This document shows positions 9,620 to 25,577 of a stretch of DNA of 64,000 nucleotides, piece by piece (position 1 is the first letter of the stretch; each line of letters starts with the position of its first letter). The DNA is from Aphanothece sp. (GTDB taxonomy: Bacteria; Cyanobacteriota; Cyanobacteriia; PCC-6307; Cyanobiaceae). The notes beneath the pieces are model-generated. The model ran no database searches, had not been told where the DNA came from, and worked only from the letters and a program-made list of their open reading frames with translations. A program made the translations under genes and the position numbers. The stretch lies in NCBI GenBank assembly GCA_040375715.1, contig JBEIRX010000004.1, forward strand, positions 388-64,387, read 5' to 3'.

Positions 9620-10894
9620 ATGCCCCAAAGCGCCCCTCCGGCAACCACCTGGCGGCGACTGCTCGCGGTGGGGGCTGAAGGGGTGGCCAGCGGCACCCCC
9701 TACATGGTGGGCACCAAGCTGCTCCAGGGGTGGCTCACGGCCAGCGGCGTGCCCGTGGGGCTGATCGGCCTTCTGGCCTATGCGGAACTCCCCTACACCC
9801 TGAAGATGTTCTGGGCGCCGGCGCTGGATCGCTGGCCCATCCCCTGGCCCGACCGGCGTCGGGGCTGGCTGCTCCTGGTGCAGCTGCTCCTGGTGGCGGT
9901 GATCGGCGCCATGGCCTTCCTGCAGCCGAGCCGTTCCTCAGCCAGCCTGGCGGCGGTGGGGGCGATGGCCCTGCTGCTGGCGGTGGTGAGTGCCACCCAG
10001 GACATTTTGGTGGATGCCTACCGCACCGACCTCCTCCCCCAGCAGGAGCGGGGCGCGGGGGCTGCTGCGGCCAACCTGGGCTATCGGGCCGCCATGCTCG
10101 CCATCGGAGCTGGTGGCTTCATCCTGGCGGGCCGCCAGGGCTGGCCCCAGGCATTCCTGGCCTCCGCGGTGCTGATGGCCATCGTGCTGCCCTTCACCTT
10201 CAGCGCACCAAAGCTGCCGGCCCTGGCCCAGAACGTCACCAGCCTGCGCCAAGCCGTGATCGGGCCCGCCAGGGAATTCCTGGCCCGAACGGGCGCCCCC
10301 CGGGCCGCCATGCTCCTGGCCCTGATCCTGCTCTATCGCTGGCCCGATGGCCTGCTCAACGTGATGGCCGTGCCCTTTCTGATCAAGCAGGGGTTCTCAC
10401 CGGAGGTGGTGGGATCGGTGCTGGCGGGTTGGGGCATCGCCGCCACCATCGTGGGCACGATCCTGGGGGGCGTGCTCTTCGGCCGGCTGGGGCTAAACCG
10501 GTCCCTGTGGCTGTTTGCGGTCATCGGCGCCCTGGGCAACCTCTCCTACTGGGCCCTGGCCACATTCAAGGGGGGCATGCCGGCGCTGCTGGCGGCGGTG
10601 GGGCTGGAAAACCTCGGCGGAGGGATGGTGGGTGCCGCCTTTGTGGCCCTGCTGATGAGCCTCTGCAACCCACGCTTCTCCGCCACCCAGTACGCCCTGC
10701 TCTCGGGGGTCTATGCCCTGAGCCGTTCCATCCTCTCGGGCCAGGCGGGCTTCGTGGCGGAGGGTGTGGGCTGGAGCACCTTCTTCCTGCTCACGGTGGC
10801 CTCCGCCCTGCCGGCCTTCCTGCTGATGATCCGCCTCACCCCCTGGAACGGCGAGGGTGTGCGCGGCGCCTACGACGCGACGCGGGACACCTGA
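9620..10894 (+). CDS. ampG: AmpG-family MFS muropeptide permease
   Basis: SG.PY, LPYTLKMFWAPALDR, RRRGW, SATQDILVDAYR, SATQYALLS. Confidence 0.85.
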   Translation: MPQSAPPATTWRRLLAVGAEGVASGTPYMVGTKLLQGWLTASGVPVGLIGLLAYAELPYTLKMFWAPALDRWPIPWPDRRRGWLLLVQLLLVAVIGAMAFLQPSRSSASLAAVGAMALLLAVVSATQDILVDAYRTDLLPQQERGAGAAAANLGYRAAMLAIGAGGFILAGRQGWPQAFLASAVLMAIVLPFTFSAPKLPALAQNVTSLRQAVIGPAREFLARTGAPRAAMLLALILLYRWPDGLLNVMAVPFLIKQGFSPEVVGSVLAGWGIAATIVGTILGGVLFGRLGLNRSLWLFAVIGALGNLSYWALATFKGGMPALLAAVGLENLGGGMVGAAFVALLMSLCNPRFSATQYALLSGVYALSRSILSGQAGFVAEGVGWSTFFLLTVASALPAFLLMIRLTPWNGEGVRGAYDATRDT

Positions 10895-10897
10895 ACC

Positions 10898-12037
10898 ATG
10901 GCCGAGCCCGCCAGCGAGCTGATCCGGATCGCGTCCACCTTCTGCGGTCCCCATCCCGTGCAGACCGTGAGCCCCCTGGGCAACGGGAACATCAACAGCA
11001 CCTATCTGGTGGAAGGGGAGGCGATGGAGCCATTCGTGCTGCAACGGCTCAACACCACGGTCTTTCCCCAGCCCGAGCTCGTGATGGGCAACCTGCTCGC
11101 CATCAGCCGGCATGTGGAGGGGCGCCTGCGACGGGAGGCAGCAGCCGAACCCCGCTGGGAATTGCCCCGGGTGCTCCCCAGCACAGGGGGAACTCCCTGG
11201 CTGGTGGAGGGTGAGGCGTTCTGGCGTGCCATCAGCTTCGTGCCCGCGACCACCTCCCTCGATGCCCTGGAAACCCCGACCCAGGCGAGGGAGGTGGGCT
11301 ACGGGCTCGGGAGGTTTCATGAGCTGCTGCACGATCTACCCTGCGAGCAGCTGGCCGACACGCTGGAGGGCTTCCACATCACCCCGGGCTACCTGGCGCA
11401 CTACCAGGCCGTTTGCGCCACCGCTTGCAGCAAGGGGGCTTCAGGGGCTGGGGATGGGCCAGGGCGGGATCCGGATCGGGAAACCTGGGCGCACCACTTC
11501 GTGGCCGAGCGGGCGGAGTGGGCCGGCGTGCTGGAAACGGCGAAGGCCAGAGGAGAGCTGCCCCTGCGGCCGATCCATGGTGATCCAAAGGTGAACAATG
11601 TGCTCCTCGATGCCGCCACCGGCCAGGCGGTGGCGCTGGTGGATCTGGATACGGTGAAGCCAGGGCTGGTGCATTACGACATCGGCGACTGCCTGCGCTC
11701 GGGTTGCAATCCCCTGGGGGAGGAGACCAGCGATCTGGAGAAGGTGCACTTCGATCTGGGCCTCTGTGAAGCCCTGCTGGAGGGTTACGGAGCCGTGGCC
11801 CATCGCTTTCTGAGCCCGGCCGACCACCGCTATCTGTACGACGCGATCCGCCTGCTGAGCTTCGAGTTGGGTCTGCGCTTCTTCACCGATCACCTGGCCG
11901 GAAACGTCTACTTCCACACCCAACGGCCAGGCCACAACCTGGATCGGGCCCTCGTGCAGTTTCAGCTGGCCGCCAGCATCGAGGCGCAGGAAGGAGAACT
12001 ACGGAGGCTGCTGGCGCGGCTGCAGGAGAAGCGATGA
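10898..12037 (+). CDS. APH-family phosphotransferase (N-acetylhexosamine 1-kinase-like)
   Basis: LGNGNINSTY, LQRLN, HGDPKVNNVL, DLDTVKPG, RFFTDHLAGNVYF. Confidence 0.8.
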   Translation: MAEPASELIRIASTFCGPHPVQTVSPLGNGNINSTYLVEGEAMEPFVLQRLNTTVFPQPELVMGNLLAISRHVEGRLRREAAAEPRWELPRVLPSTGGTPWLVEGEAFWRAISFVPATTSLDALETPTQAREVGYGLGRFHELLHDLPCEQLADTLEGFHITPGYLAHYQAVCATACSKGASGAGDGPGRDPDRETWAHHFVAERAEWAGVLETAKARGELPLRPIHGDPKVNNVLLDAATGQAVALVDLDTVKPGLVHYDIGDCLRSGCNPLGEETSDLEKVHFDLGLCEALLEGYGAVAHRFLSPADHRYLYDAIRLLSFELGLRFFTDHLAGNVYFHTQRPGHNLDRALVQFQLAASIEAQEGELRRLLARLQEKR

Positions 12038-12594
12038 GCGATCCAGTGCCCTTTGTGCTTGAGCCCTTCGGCACGTCTGCAGACGCACTGGGACTTCAAC
12101 TGTATGGAGATCTCACTCGTCAGGGGGATCACCTGCGCATCACCTATCAGCTCACGGGGAACCTCGCCTCCTTGGTGCGTCCCCCCCAGGCCGCGGCAGG
12201 CCCCCTGCGGTGCGATGGGCTCTGGGAACACACCTGCTTCGAGCTCTTCCTGGCTGCCGTGGGCGCCGAGCCCTACTGGGAGGTGAACCTGGCGCCCAAT
12301 GGCCACTGGAACCTCTACCGGCTGGATGGCTACCGGCAGGGGCTGAGGCCCGAAGCGGATCGGGAGGCATTGCCTGTCGCCGTGACTGAGGGGACGGGCC
12401 AGCTGAGGCTGGATCTCGACCTTCTTCTGCCCAGGGAGCTGGCAGAAACCTGCCGACAGGGGCCTCTGCAGCTTGGAGTGACCGCCGTGATCGAACAGCG
12501 CGGCGGGACGCTGAGTTACTGGGCGCTGGGCCATGGAGGACCCGAGGCAGATTTTCATCGCCGGGCGGATTTTCTCCTGAGGGTGGAGCCTTGA
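12034..12594 (+). CDS. DOMON-like domain protein
   Basis: DGLWEHTCFELF, YWEVNLAPNGHWNLY, SYWAL.H...ADFH; ATGA-coupled to the kinase. Confidence 0.75.
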   Translation: MSDPVPFVLEPFGTSADALGLQLYGDLTRQGDHLRITYQLTGNLASLVRPPQAAAGPLRCDGLWEHTCFELFLAAVGAEPYWEVNLAPNGHWNLYRLDGYRQGLRPEADREALPVAVTEGTGQLRLDLDLLLPRELAETCRQGPLQLGVTAVIEQRGGTLSYWALGHGGPEADFHRRADFLLRVEP

Positions 12595-12622
12595 GGCCTG
12601 TGCTTTCACTCGCCCCATTCAG

Positions 12623-13282
12623 TTGATCCCGATCAAAAGGGCCACCCTGCGGCTCATCTGGCCGCTCTGCACGCTGCTGCTGGGGGCAACCGCCACTCTC
12701 GCGCCGATGGCCGCCCAGGACGTGCAGACCCCTCTGGCGGGCCCTCAACCCGCCGCTCTCCCCTCGCTAGCGCCCTTGATACCGCCCGTGGTGACGCCCT
12801 CGGTGATGCCCGTGGCGTCAGTGAATCTCGAGCGTTATGCGGGCGTCTGGCGGGAGCTTGCCAAGATCCCCAACCGCTTCCAGAGGCAGTGCGCACGAGA
12901 CACCCTGGCCAGATACACCCTGCTGGCCGATGGCCGCCTCAGGGTTGTGAATCAATGCCTGACGCGGAACGGCATCCTGAATCAGGCCAGCGGCGTGGCG
13001 CGGATCGTTGATCCCATCAGCCGGGCCCGGTTGAAGGTGAGCCTGGTGAGCGTCCTGGGCTGGCGGCCCTTCTGGGGGGACTACTGGGTGATTGGCCTGG
13101 ATGAGTCCTACCGGTGGGCGGTGGTGGGCACCCCGGACCGACGCTACGGCTGGGTGCTGGCCCGCACCCGACGGCTGGATCAAGCATCCTGGAGCGCCAT
13201 TGCCGCCATCCTGGCCCGCAATGGCTACTCCCTTAGCTCCTTCGTTCTGGACGATCCCCTTCCGCCACCACCGGGTTCGTGA
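12623..13282 (+). CDS. Bacterial lipocalin (Blc-like), secreted
   Basis: Signal peptide; LERYAGVWRELAK.PNRFQ, GDYWVIGLD..Y, YGWVLART; start uncertain. Confidence 0.85.
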   Translation: MIPIKRATLRLIWPLCTLLLGATATLAPMAAQDVQTPLAGPQPAALPSLAPLIPPVVTPSVMPVASVNLERYAGVWRELAKIPNRFQRQCARDTLARYTLLADGRLRVVNQCLTRNGILNQASGVARIVDPISRARLKVSLVSVLGWRPFWGDYWVIGLDESYRWAVVGTPDRRYGWVLARTRRLDQASWSAIAAILARNGYSLSSFVLDDPLPPPPGS

Positions 13283-14054
13283 GGGTACCGATCCCTTCGA
13301 TCGCAACACTCACCTCATCCCCCGGCCGCAACCAGCGCGGGGGATTGGCCGCCATGCCCACGCCCTCGGGGGTGCCGGTGAAGATCACGGTGCCGGGCAG
13401 CAGGGTGGTGCTGCCGCTGAGAAATGCGATCAGCGACGGCACATCGAAGATCATGTCGCTGGTGTCTCCGTTTTGCACGATCTCACCATTCAGGATGGTG
13501 CGCAGGCCCAGGCGGAGGGGATCCTCCAGCTCGTCGAGGGGCACCAGCACCGGTCCCAGGGGAGCAAAGGTGTCGAAGGTCTTGCCGCGGCACCACTGGC
13601 CCCCGCCCCACTGCTTCTGCCAGTCCCGGGCGCTCACATCATTGCCGCAGGTGTAGCCCAGCACGGCCCCCAGGGCCTCATCCCGGCTCACATTGCGGCA
13701 GCGCCGCCCGACCACCACCACCAGCTCCCCTTCGTAATCCACCTGGCCGCTGGCCAGGGAAGTGGGCAGGGTGATCGGTTCCTGGGGATCCTGCACCGCT
13801 CCGGGCGACTTCATGAAGAGCACCGGCCACTCAGGGAGCGCCGCGCCGGTTTCGGCCGCATGGCGCCGGTAGTTCAGGCCGATGCAGAAGATCGCCGCCG
13901 GCTGCAGTGGCGCCAGCAACCGGGCGATGCGGGCCTCCTCACCCGTGGGGTCCCAAGAGAAGAGATCCCCCCGCAGACGCTCCCAACGGCCGTTGCCATC
14001 CCCATGGGCATGATGCACCAGCCCCTCCGGATCCAGATAGCGCAGAAACGGCAT
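13233..14054 (-). CDS. Fumarylacetoacetate hydrolase family protein
   Basis: CIGLNY, DYEGEL, NDVSARDWQ, GKTFDTFAPLGP, TGTPEGVG. Confidence 0.92.
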   Translation of the reverse strand: MPFLRYLDPEGLVHHAHGDGNGRWERLRGDLFSWDPTGEEARIARLLAPLQPAAIFCIGLNYRRHAAETGAALPEWPVLFMKSPGAVQDPQEPITLPTSLASGQVDYEGELVVVVGRRCRNVSRDEALGAVLGYTCGNDVSARDWQKQWGGGQWCRGKTFDTFAPLGPVLVPLDELEDPLRLGLRTILNGEIVQNGDTSDMIFDVPSLIAFLSGSTTLLPGTVIFTGTPEGVGMAANPPRWLRPGDEVSVAIEGIGTLTNPVVAEGDRPERRS

Positions 14055-14057
14055 GGG

Positions 14058-15710
14058 TCAGCCCTCGGTGCCAGCCTTCACCTTCTTGCCCAGGGCCGCG
14101 GTGAGGTTGCGCAGGGCATCGGAGGCATCGTGGGGATCCAGAGCCGCACTGATCAGGGTGGGACCTTCCGAGTCCTGCAGGAAAGTCTGCAGGGCCTCCC
14201 AGAGCTCCCCCTCCCGGTCCACCCGCCTGGCGGCCGAGAAGCCCATGGCCAGAGCCAGCCCCACATGGTCCACCGGGGCCACATCGTTGAAGGGGCCATC
14301 CAACATGGGGCGCTCGGTGCCGTAACCAGCGTTGTCCATCACGACCACCAAAGCGGGGATGCGGTAGCGGGCCAGGGTGGCCAGCTCGATGGCGCTCATC
14401 AGCAGGGCCCCATCCCCCACCAGCACGAGGGGCCGCTGATCCGGGTGGGCCCCCCAGGCGCCCACCGCCGCCGGCAGGGCGAATCCCAGGGAGGCCCAGT
14501 TGCCGCTGTTGATGTAGTCGTTGGCCTCCTTCAGATGGAGGGCCAGGGAGGCGAAGGTGGCATCACCGGTGTCGGCCAGTACCACCGAGCTGTCCACGAG
14601 CACCGCATCCACCGCCAGCAGCAGCCGGCGCACCGTGAGGGGCTGATCCGCCACCGGCACGAAGGGTTCCGCTGCCGGGGGGCTCACCTGGGGCCGATAG
14701 GCCCCAGGTTGGGCCGGCGCTTCCGCCTCGGTCCACACCTGCAGCAGGGTCACCGGATCGAGGGTGTCCTGATCCCCCTGGATCCACTGCAACCCCCGGT
14801 CCATCTCCACCCGCAGACAGCTGTCCAGGTTGAGCTGCATGGTGTAAACCCCCGTATCCAGATCGCTCAGGGGCATGCCCAGGATCAGCAGGCCGTCACT
14901 GCCCTCCACCACCTCCCGCACCGCCGCCGGGCCCATGGCCCCCTCATAGACGCCGAGATACTGGGGATGCTGCTCGCTGAGCAGTGATTTGCCGCTGAGG
15001 CTGGTGGCAAAGGGCCAGCCCTCCCGCTCCAGCACCTCCTGCAGCTGCTGCTGCAGGCCAAAGCGGTGCACCTCCACCCCCGCCAGCACCACGGGGCGCT
15101 GGCGGCTGCGCATCCAGTCCAGAATCGCCAGGCCCGTGCGGCGATGGAGCTCCGCCACCTGGGGCAACGCCGGCAAGCTCAGGGGTGGAACGGGGCCCGG
15201 CACCGGACGGGTGAGGGAATCCCTGGGCAGCTCGAGATAGCCCGGCCGCGATTCGCGCCGCATGGCCTCCAGCACCCTGAGCATCTTGTCCACCGCCGTG
15301 CGGCCTGAATCCAGGCAGGCGGTCTGCACACACACCTCCTTGAAGAAGCGCTCCTGGGTGTCGCTGGCCCGGATGCGGTGATGCAGCAGAGCATGCTCAT
15401 CGGATTCCCGCAGGCCCGGAGCACCGCTGATCACCAGCAGGGGCGAGCGCTCCGCATAGGCCCCCGCCACCGGATTGAGCAGCTTGAGGGCTCCCACGCC
15501 GTAGGTCACCACGGCGACACCGAGGCCCATCAGGCGGGCATGGGCATCGGCGGCAAAACCAGCCCCCTCTTCCCCCGCCATGCAGATCACATCGATAGGA
15601 GAGTGCTCCAACCGGTCGAACAGCCCCAGCACGTAATCGCCCGGCACCCCGTAAACCCGCCGCACGCCACGCTGCAACAGGGCCTCGATCAACTGGGAAG
15701 TGATGTCCAT
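14058..15710 (-). CDS. ThDP-dependent 2-keto-acid decarboxylase (pyruvate/indolepyruvate decarboxylase family)
   Basis: YGVPGDY, LLHH, ThDP motif GDGALLM...MDNAGYGTER. Confidence 0.88.
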   Translation of the reverse strand: MDITSQLIEALLQRGVRRVYGVPGDYVLGLFDRLEHSPIDVICMAGEEGAGFAADAHARLMGLGVAVVTYGVGALKLLNPVAGAYAERSPLLVISGAPGLRESDEHALLHHRIRASDTQERFFKEVCVQTACLDSGRTAVDKMLRVLEAMRRESRPGYLELPRDSLTRPVPGPVPPLSLPALPQVAELHRRTGLAILDWMRSRQRPVVLAGVEVHRFGLQQQLQEVLEREGWPFATSLSGKSLLSEQHPQYLGVYEGAMGPAAVREVVEGSDGLLILGMPLSDLDTGVYTMQLNLDSCLRVEMDRGLQWIQGDQDTLDPVTLLQVWTEAEAPAQPGAYRPQVSPPAAEPFVPVADQPLTVRRLLLAVDAVLVDSSVVLADTGDATFASLALHLKEANDYINSGNWASLGFALPAAVGAWGAHPDQRPLVLVGDGALLMSAIELATLARYRIPALVVVMDNAGYGTERPMLDGPFNDVAPVDHVGLALAMGFSAARRVDREGELWEALQTFLQDSEGPTLISAALDPHDASDALRNLTAALGKKVKAGTEG

Positions 15711-15867
15711 GGAAGGGCAATGAAGGAGCCGGGCTGGGCGCCTGGTGCAGTCGTGAGGCTAATCCGCCTGCCCGCACCTCCTGAAAGCGCAAAACATCAA
15801 AGATCATGGCAACAGAAGGGAAAGGGGAAGAAAGCCGACACAATGGAATAACCAATCCCGACACCAC

Positions 15868-16506
15868 ATGTATTCAGCTACTCCGATGTTCACTCTGAAC
15901 GATGCGAGCAAAAGTAGTGCCATCTTCGATGCCGAAATCCTCAGCAAACGGGGCACGGGATTCTTGGAAGAAACTCCTGGGAACCGGTCGGCCATGCGCT
16001 TGATGTGCATGCTGGCCTTGGTGGCAGCCATCCTCTTTGGTGCTCTCACCATGGTGCGCAGCAATGGCATCCGCACCACCAATGCCGACGGCACCGTGAG
16101 CACGGTCTATCCACCCCGGGATGACACAGGTCTCACCCTCACCTTTGGCTTCCTGATCGCGGCATTTGCTCCAAAGGCCGTGCAGAAGTTCGCCGAACAG
16201 CGGCTGCGCACCTACATCAGCGGGCCTGCCCCCGGGATCCCTTCCGCCTTTCCGATGACCAGCACTCCCCTCACCACTGTTGCGATCAATTCTCCAGCCC
16301 CTGTCCCGGTTTCCCCCGCAGCGACGTCCGCCGATTCGGCCGAGACCAGGCTGATCCAGTTGCTGCAACAGGAGCTGGCTGCCCTAAGGGCCCGGCAGAA
16401 TGAACCGGCCATCATCCAGACCGTGCCCGTCTCCAGCAATGGAATGGCGGTCTCAGCCCCTGCAGCCAGCCCCCTGCAGCAGATTCGTGAGGGAGGCAGC
16501 CTCTGA
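15868..16506 (+). CDS. Two-TM membrane protein with Pro/Thr linker and short coiled coil (holin-like candidate)
   Basis: Two hydrophobic segments (LMCMLALVAAILFGALTMV; LTLTFGFLIAAFAP), ETRLIQLLQQELAALRARQ; TGATG overlap with the next gene. Confidence 0.7.
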   Translation: MYSATPMFTLNDASKSSAIFDAEILSKRGTGFLEETPGNRSAMRLMCMLALVAAILFGALTMVRSNGIRTTNADGTVSTVYPPRDDTGLTLTFGFLIAAFAPKAVQKFAEQRLRTYISGPAPGIPSAFPMTSTPLTTVAINSPAPVPVSPAATSADSAETRLIQLLQQELAALRARQNEPAIIQTVPVSSNGMAVSAPAASPLQQIREGGSL

Positions 16507-17858
16507 TGCCCTACATCAAGGCGCTGGAGCGGGCGGGCTTGAGCCCGGAACCCCTCGCCGCCAAAGCCGATTCCTATGTGGAGCCTGGCTCCCAGCTGGC
16601 CATTGACTGGATCCGCTCCACACCCGATGGGCAGTTGGCCGTCATCAGGCTGGCCGGGCCCTACACCGGGCCCCGGGAGAGTCTGCAGCTACCCACCAGC
16701 AGCGAGCGCTACATCAACCCCAAACGCTTCGAGATCCCGCACGATGCCTGGCTGGAGCCCTCGCGCCCACCCCAGGCCACCACGGTGAACGCCACCCCGG
16801 CCTCCCCATCCCTGGCAACGGAGGAGCTGCCACCACAGCTGGCGGCCCTCAATCATCACTATGAGAGCTGCTCGTTGAAGGCCTACCCCGACCCGGCCAG
16901 CCCGGATGGGCTACCGATCACCATCGGCTGGGGGAGCACCTTCTACAAGAATGGCTCCCCGATCCAGATGGGGGAGCAGATCACCCAGAGCGAGGCCGAT
17001 GATCTCTACGCCTACCACTGCCGCAGGAATTTCTGGGACGTGCTGATCGGCACCATTCCCCACTGGGGGGACATGAACGACAACCAACGATCGGCCCTGT
17101 GCAGCTTTGCCTACAACAATGGCGCTCGCTTCTATGGAGACGACGACTACACCACCATCAGCAAGCATCTGAGGGAGCGCAACTGGAAGGCTGTTCCTGG
17201 CGCAATGATGTTGTATCGAAATCCTGGATCGGGTGCAGAGGTTGGGCTCGGACGGCGGCGACGAGCCGAAGGGCTTGTGTGGGGCGGGATGGAGCCTGCA
17301 CAGGCGATCAGCCAGGCGGAGCGGGACATCAACACGCCAGCCAATTGTGAAGCCTGGGAACAACAACTCATCCGCCAGGAACCAGACGATTTACCCGTTG
17401 TTCCTCCCCCCTCTGAGGCGCAAAAGCCGGCCTACGATCCGGGTGCTCCCATCAACTGGGATGACATGAATGCACGGGTTTCACGTTACTTTTTCGTCAG
17501 CGAAGTCACACAGAACGATCGGCGGCGGATTCCAAGCCCCGGTAGCGAGATTGAAAAAAACATCCGTACTCTCGCTGTGGCATTGGATCAGGTGCGCCAG
17601 AACTGGGGCAGTCCCATTCAGGTCACATCCTGGTATCGCCCCCCCGACATCAACCGTGCCGTGGGAGGCGTAGCCAATAGTCAGCACATCTATGGGCTGG
17701 CTGCCGACATCCGCACTCTGGATGGCCGGGATCAGGAGTTTGAGCATTGGCTCGACACCGTCGCCTGGAAGGACAGGGCCTTGGGCTACGGGGTGCTCTC
17801 TGGACGCGGCTTCACCCATGTGGACATGCGACCGGAGAGGATTCGCTGGCGGTATTGA
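16506..17858 (+). CDS. Dual peptidoglycan hydrolase: GH24 phage-type lysozyme fused to peptidase M15A
   Basis: E-x8-D...TIGWGST, ALCSFAYNNG, GLGRRRRAE (GH24); TSWYRP..NRAVGG..NSQH..GLAADI...FTHVD (M15 Zn ligands H-D-H). Confidence 0.88.
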   Translation: MPYIKALERAGLSPEPLAAKADSYVEPGSQLAIDWIRSTPDGQLAVIRLAGPYTGPRESLQLPTSSERYINPKRFEIPHDAWLEPSRPPQATTVNATPASPSLATEELPPQLAALNHHYESCSLKAYPDPASPDGLPITIGWGSTFYKNGSPIQMGEQITQSEADDLYAYHCRRNFWDVLIGTIPHWGDMNDNQRSALCSFAYNNGARFYGDDDYTTISKHLRERNWKAVPGAMMLYRNPGSGAEVGLGRRRRAEGLVWGGMEPAQAISQAERDINTPANCEAWEQQLIRQEPDDLPVVPPPSEAQKPAYDPGAPINWDDMNARVSRYFFVSEVTQNDRRRIPSPGSEIEKNIRTLAVALDQVRQNWGSPIQVTSWYRPPDINRAVGGVANSQHIYGLAADIRTLDGRDQEFEHWLDTVAWKDRALGYGVLSGRGFTHVDMRPERIRWRY

Positions 17859-18260
17859 GTGCAGGCGGAGTGGTCCTGAACAGTGAAACCATGGCGCTCC
17901 TGGGAGCGACGTTGATCGGGTTGCTCAGCTGTATGCCTGGCGGCCAGATCCCGGGGCTGACGCCACGGGTGTCGGCCTCGATGCCAGCTGTGGTTCTGGG
18001 GGAATGGAACTCCGTCCCAGGGAAATGCGGCATCCCTTTCAGTGAAGGGCGATTGGTTGTGCAACCACACCAGCTCATCTTCTACGCCAACAAGGCAGAG
18101 ATCCTTGAGCTTGTGGAGGAAACTCCTCGTCGGCTTCGTCTCTCCCTGCGGTTCGAGGCGGGGGGCGAAGAACCCAGCCCGCCCGCCACCCGGCAACACC
18201 GCTACCAACTCTCCAGGGATCTGCAGCAGCTTCAGGACATCAGCGAAGGGGAGCCGGGCC

Positions 18261-23591
<5,331 letters not shown>

Positions 23592-23633
23592 TCAGTGAGA
23601 AGGAGAAGGAAGCAGATCGAAAGAGGGTCGGGC

Positions 23634-25538
23634 TCAGCTGGCGGCGACGGCATCGATGATGGTTTGGTTGATCACCACCCGACCGACGGTGGTGAGGAGA
23701 TAGCGGCTGATCAACGCGCCATCTTCATCAAAGCGATCCCGCCGGAAGCGCCACTGCTCCACCCGGGTTCCATCGGAGAGCGTCTCGGAGGAGACAGGCG
23801 CATCGGCCTCCTCATCGGTGTCCACCTCACCGTTGAAACGCACCCAGACCCAGTCGTGGAGGTGGAGGTGCTTCTCATCAAAGGCGGCGATCACATCTTC
23901 GAGTCCGGCAAAGGTGAGGGAACGGTCTCCGAAGGTTGGTTTGGCTTTGGCACGGTTCACGGCGGTGAGGTAATAGGCCCCGAGCACCATGTCCTGGGAG
24001 GGGGTGATGATCGGTTCGCCGGTGGCTGGAGAGAGGATGTTGTTGCTGGCCAGCATCAACATGCGGGCCTCGGTCTGGGCTTCAATCGCCAAAGGCACAT
24101 GCACGGCCATCTGGTCACCGTCAAAGTCGGCGTTGAAGGCCGGGCAGACCAGAGGATGCAACTGGATGGCGCGCCCATCCACCAGCTTGGGTTCAAAGGC
24201 CTGGATGCCGAGCCTGTGGAGGGTGGGAGCCCGGTTCAGCAGGATGGGATGGCCCTCGATCACTTCCTGGAGCACCTGCATCACCTCGTCGTCTGCCTTC
24301 TGAATCAGCTTCTTGGCGGCCTTGATGTTGTTGACGATGTTCTGACGGATTAGGCGGTGGATCACGAAGGGCTGGAACAGCTCAATGGCCATCTCCTTCG
24401 GCAGGCCGCATTGGTGCATCTTCAGTTTGGGACCGACGACGATCACCGAGCGGCCGGAGTAATCCACCCGCTTACCGAGCAGGTTCTGGCGGAAGCGGCC
24501 CTGTTTGCCCTCGATGATGTCACTGAGGGATTTCAGGGCACGGTTGTTGGCACCCACCACCGTGCGGCCCCGGCGCCCATTGTCGATGAGGGCATCGACG
24601 GCTTCCTGCAACATCCGCTTTTCATTGCGGACGATGATCTCCGGAGCCAGGATCTCCTGGAGCCTGGCGAGTCGGTTGTTGCGGTTGATCACCCGTCGGT
24701 AGAGATCGTTCAGATCGCTGGTGGCGAAGCGGCCCCCATCCAGCTGCACCATGGGTCGCAGGTCGGGAGGGATCACCGGGATCACATCCAGCACCATCCA
24801 CTCCGGACGGGCATTGGTGGCGATGAAGTTGTCAATCACCCGGAGGCGCTTGATCAGCTTGGCCCGCTTCTGCCCCTTGCTGGCGCTGATCTCCTCCCGC
24901 AGCTGTTCGGCGATTTCGTTCAACTCCAGATCGGAGAGAAGCTGCTTGAGGGCCTCTGCACCGATCCCAACGATCGGTTCGTTTTCAATCTCAGAGTCCT
25001 CAGCGAAGATCTGGTCTTCGATTTCCAGCCACTCATCTTCGGTGAGAAGTTGCTTGTAAACCAGATCCTTGTGGTCGCCTGGATCGAGAACCACGTAGCA
25101 GTTGAAGTAGACGATCTGCTCCACATCCCGCAGAGGCATGTCGAGAAGGATCGCCACATAGCTAGGGATTCCCTTCAGGTACCACACATGGGATACCGGC
25201 GCCGCCAGCTTGATGAAACCCATCCGATGACGCCGCACCCGGCTCTCGGTGACCTCCACCCCGCAGCGCTCGCAGACGATGCCGCGGTGGCGCACCCGCT
25301 TGTATTTGCCGCAATGGCACTCCCAATCCTTGGAGGGACCGAAAATCTTCTCGCAGAAGAGGCCATCCATCTCCGGCTTGAGGGTACGGTAGTTGATGGT
25401 TTCCGGCTTGGTCACCTCCCCCACCACCTGACCATTGGGCAGGGTGCGCTGCCCCCACTGCATGATCCGCTCGGGGGAAGCGAGGGTGATCTTGACGTAG
25501 TCGAAGTAGTTTTCGCTGCGGGAGTTGCTGTTGGTCAT
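23634..25538 (-). CDS. rpoC1: RNA polymerase gamma subunit (RpoC1)
   Basis: Zn-finger CHCGKYK..CERC and catalytic NADFDGD. Confidence 0.99.
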   Translation of the reverse strand: MTNSNSRSENYFDYVKITLASPERIMQWGQRTLPNGQVVGEVTKPETINYRTLKPEMDGLFCEKIFGPSKDWECHCGKYKRVRHRGIVCERCGVEVTESRVRRHRMGFIKLAAPVSHVWYLKGIPSYVAILLDMPLRDVEQIVYFNCYVVLDPGDHKDLVYKQLLTEDEWLEIEDQIFAEDSEIENEPIVGIGAEALKQLLSDLELNEIAEQLREEISASKGQKRAKLIKRLRVIDNFIATNARPEWMVLDVIPVIPPDLRPMVQLDGGRFATSDLNDLYRRVINRNNRLARLQEILAPEIIVRNEKRMLQEAVDALIDNGRRGRTVVGANNRALKSLSDIIEGKQGRFRQNLLGKRVDYSGRSVIVVGPKLKMHQCGLPKEMAIELFQPFVIHRLIRQNIVNNIKAAKKLIQKADDEVMQVLQEVIEGHPILLNRAPTLHRLGIQAFEPKLVDGRAIQLHPLVCPAFNADFDGDQMAVHVPLAIEAQTEARMLMLASNNILSPATGEPIITPSQDMVLGAYYLTAVNRAKAKPTFGDRSLTFAGLEDVIAAFDEKHLHLHDWVWVRFNGEVDTDEEADAPVSSETLSDGTRVEQWRFRRDRFDEDGALISRYLLTTVGRVVINQTIIDAVAAS

Positions 25539-25577
25539 GAAGATGAAATGCGAGCAGGGAACAAGGAAGAAGGGGGG

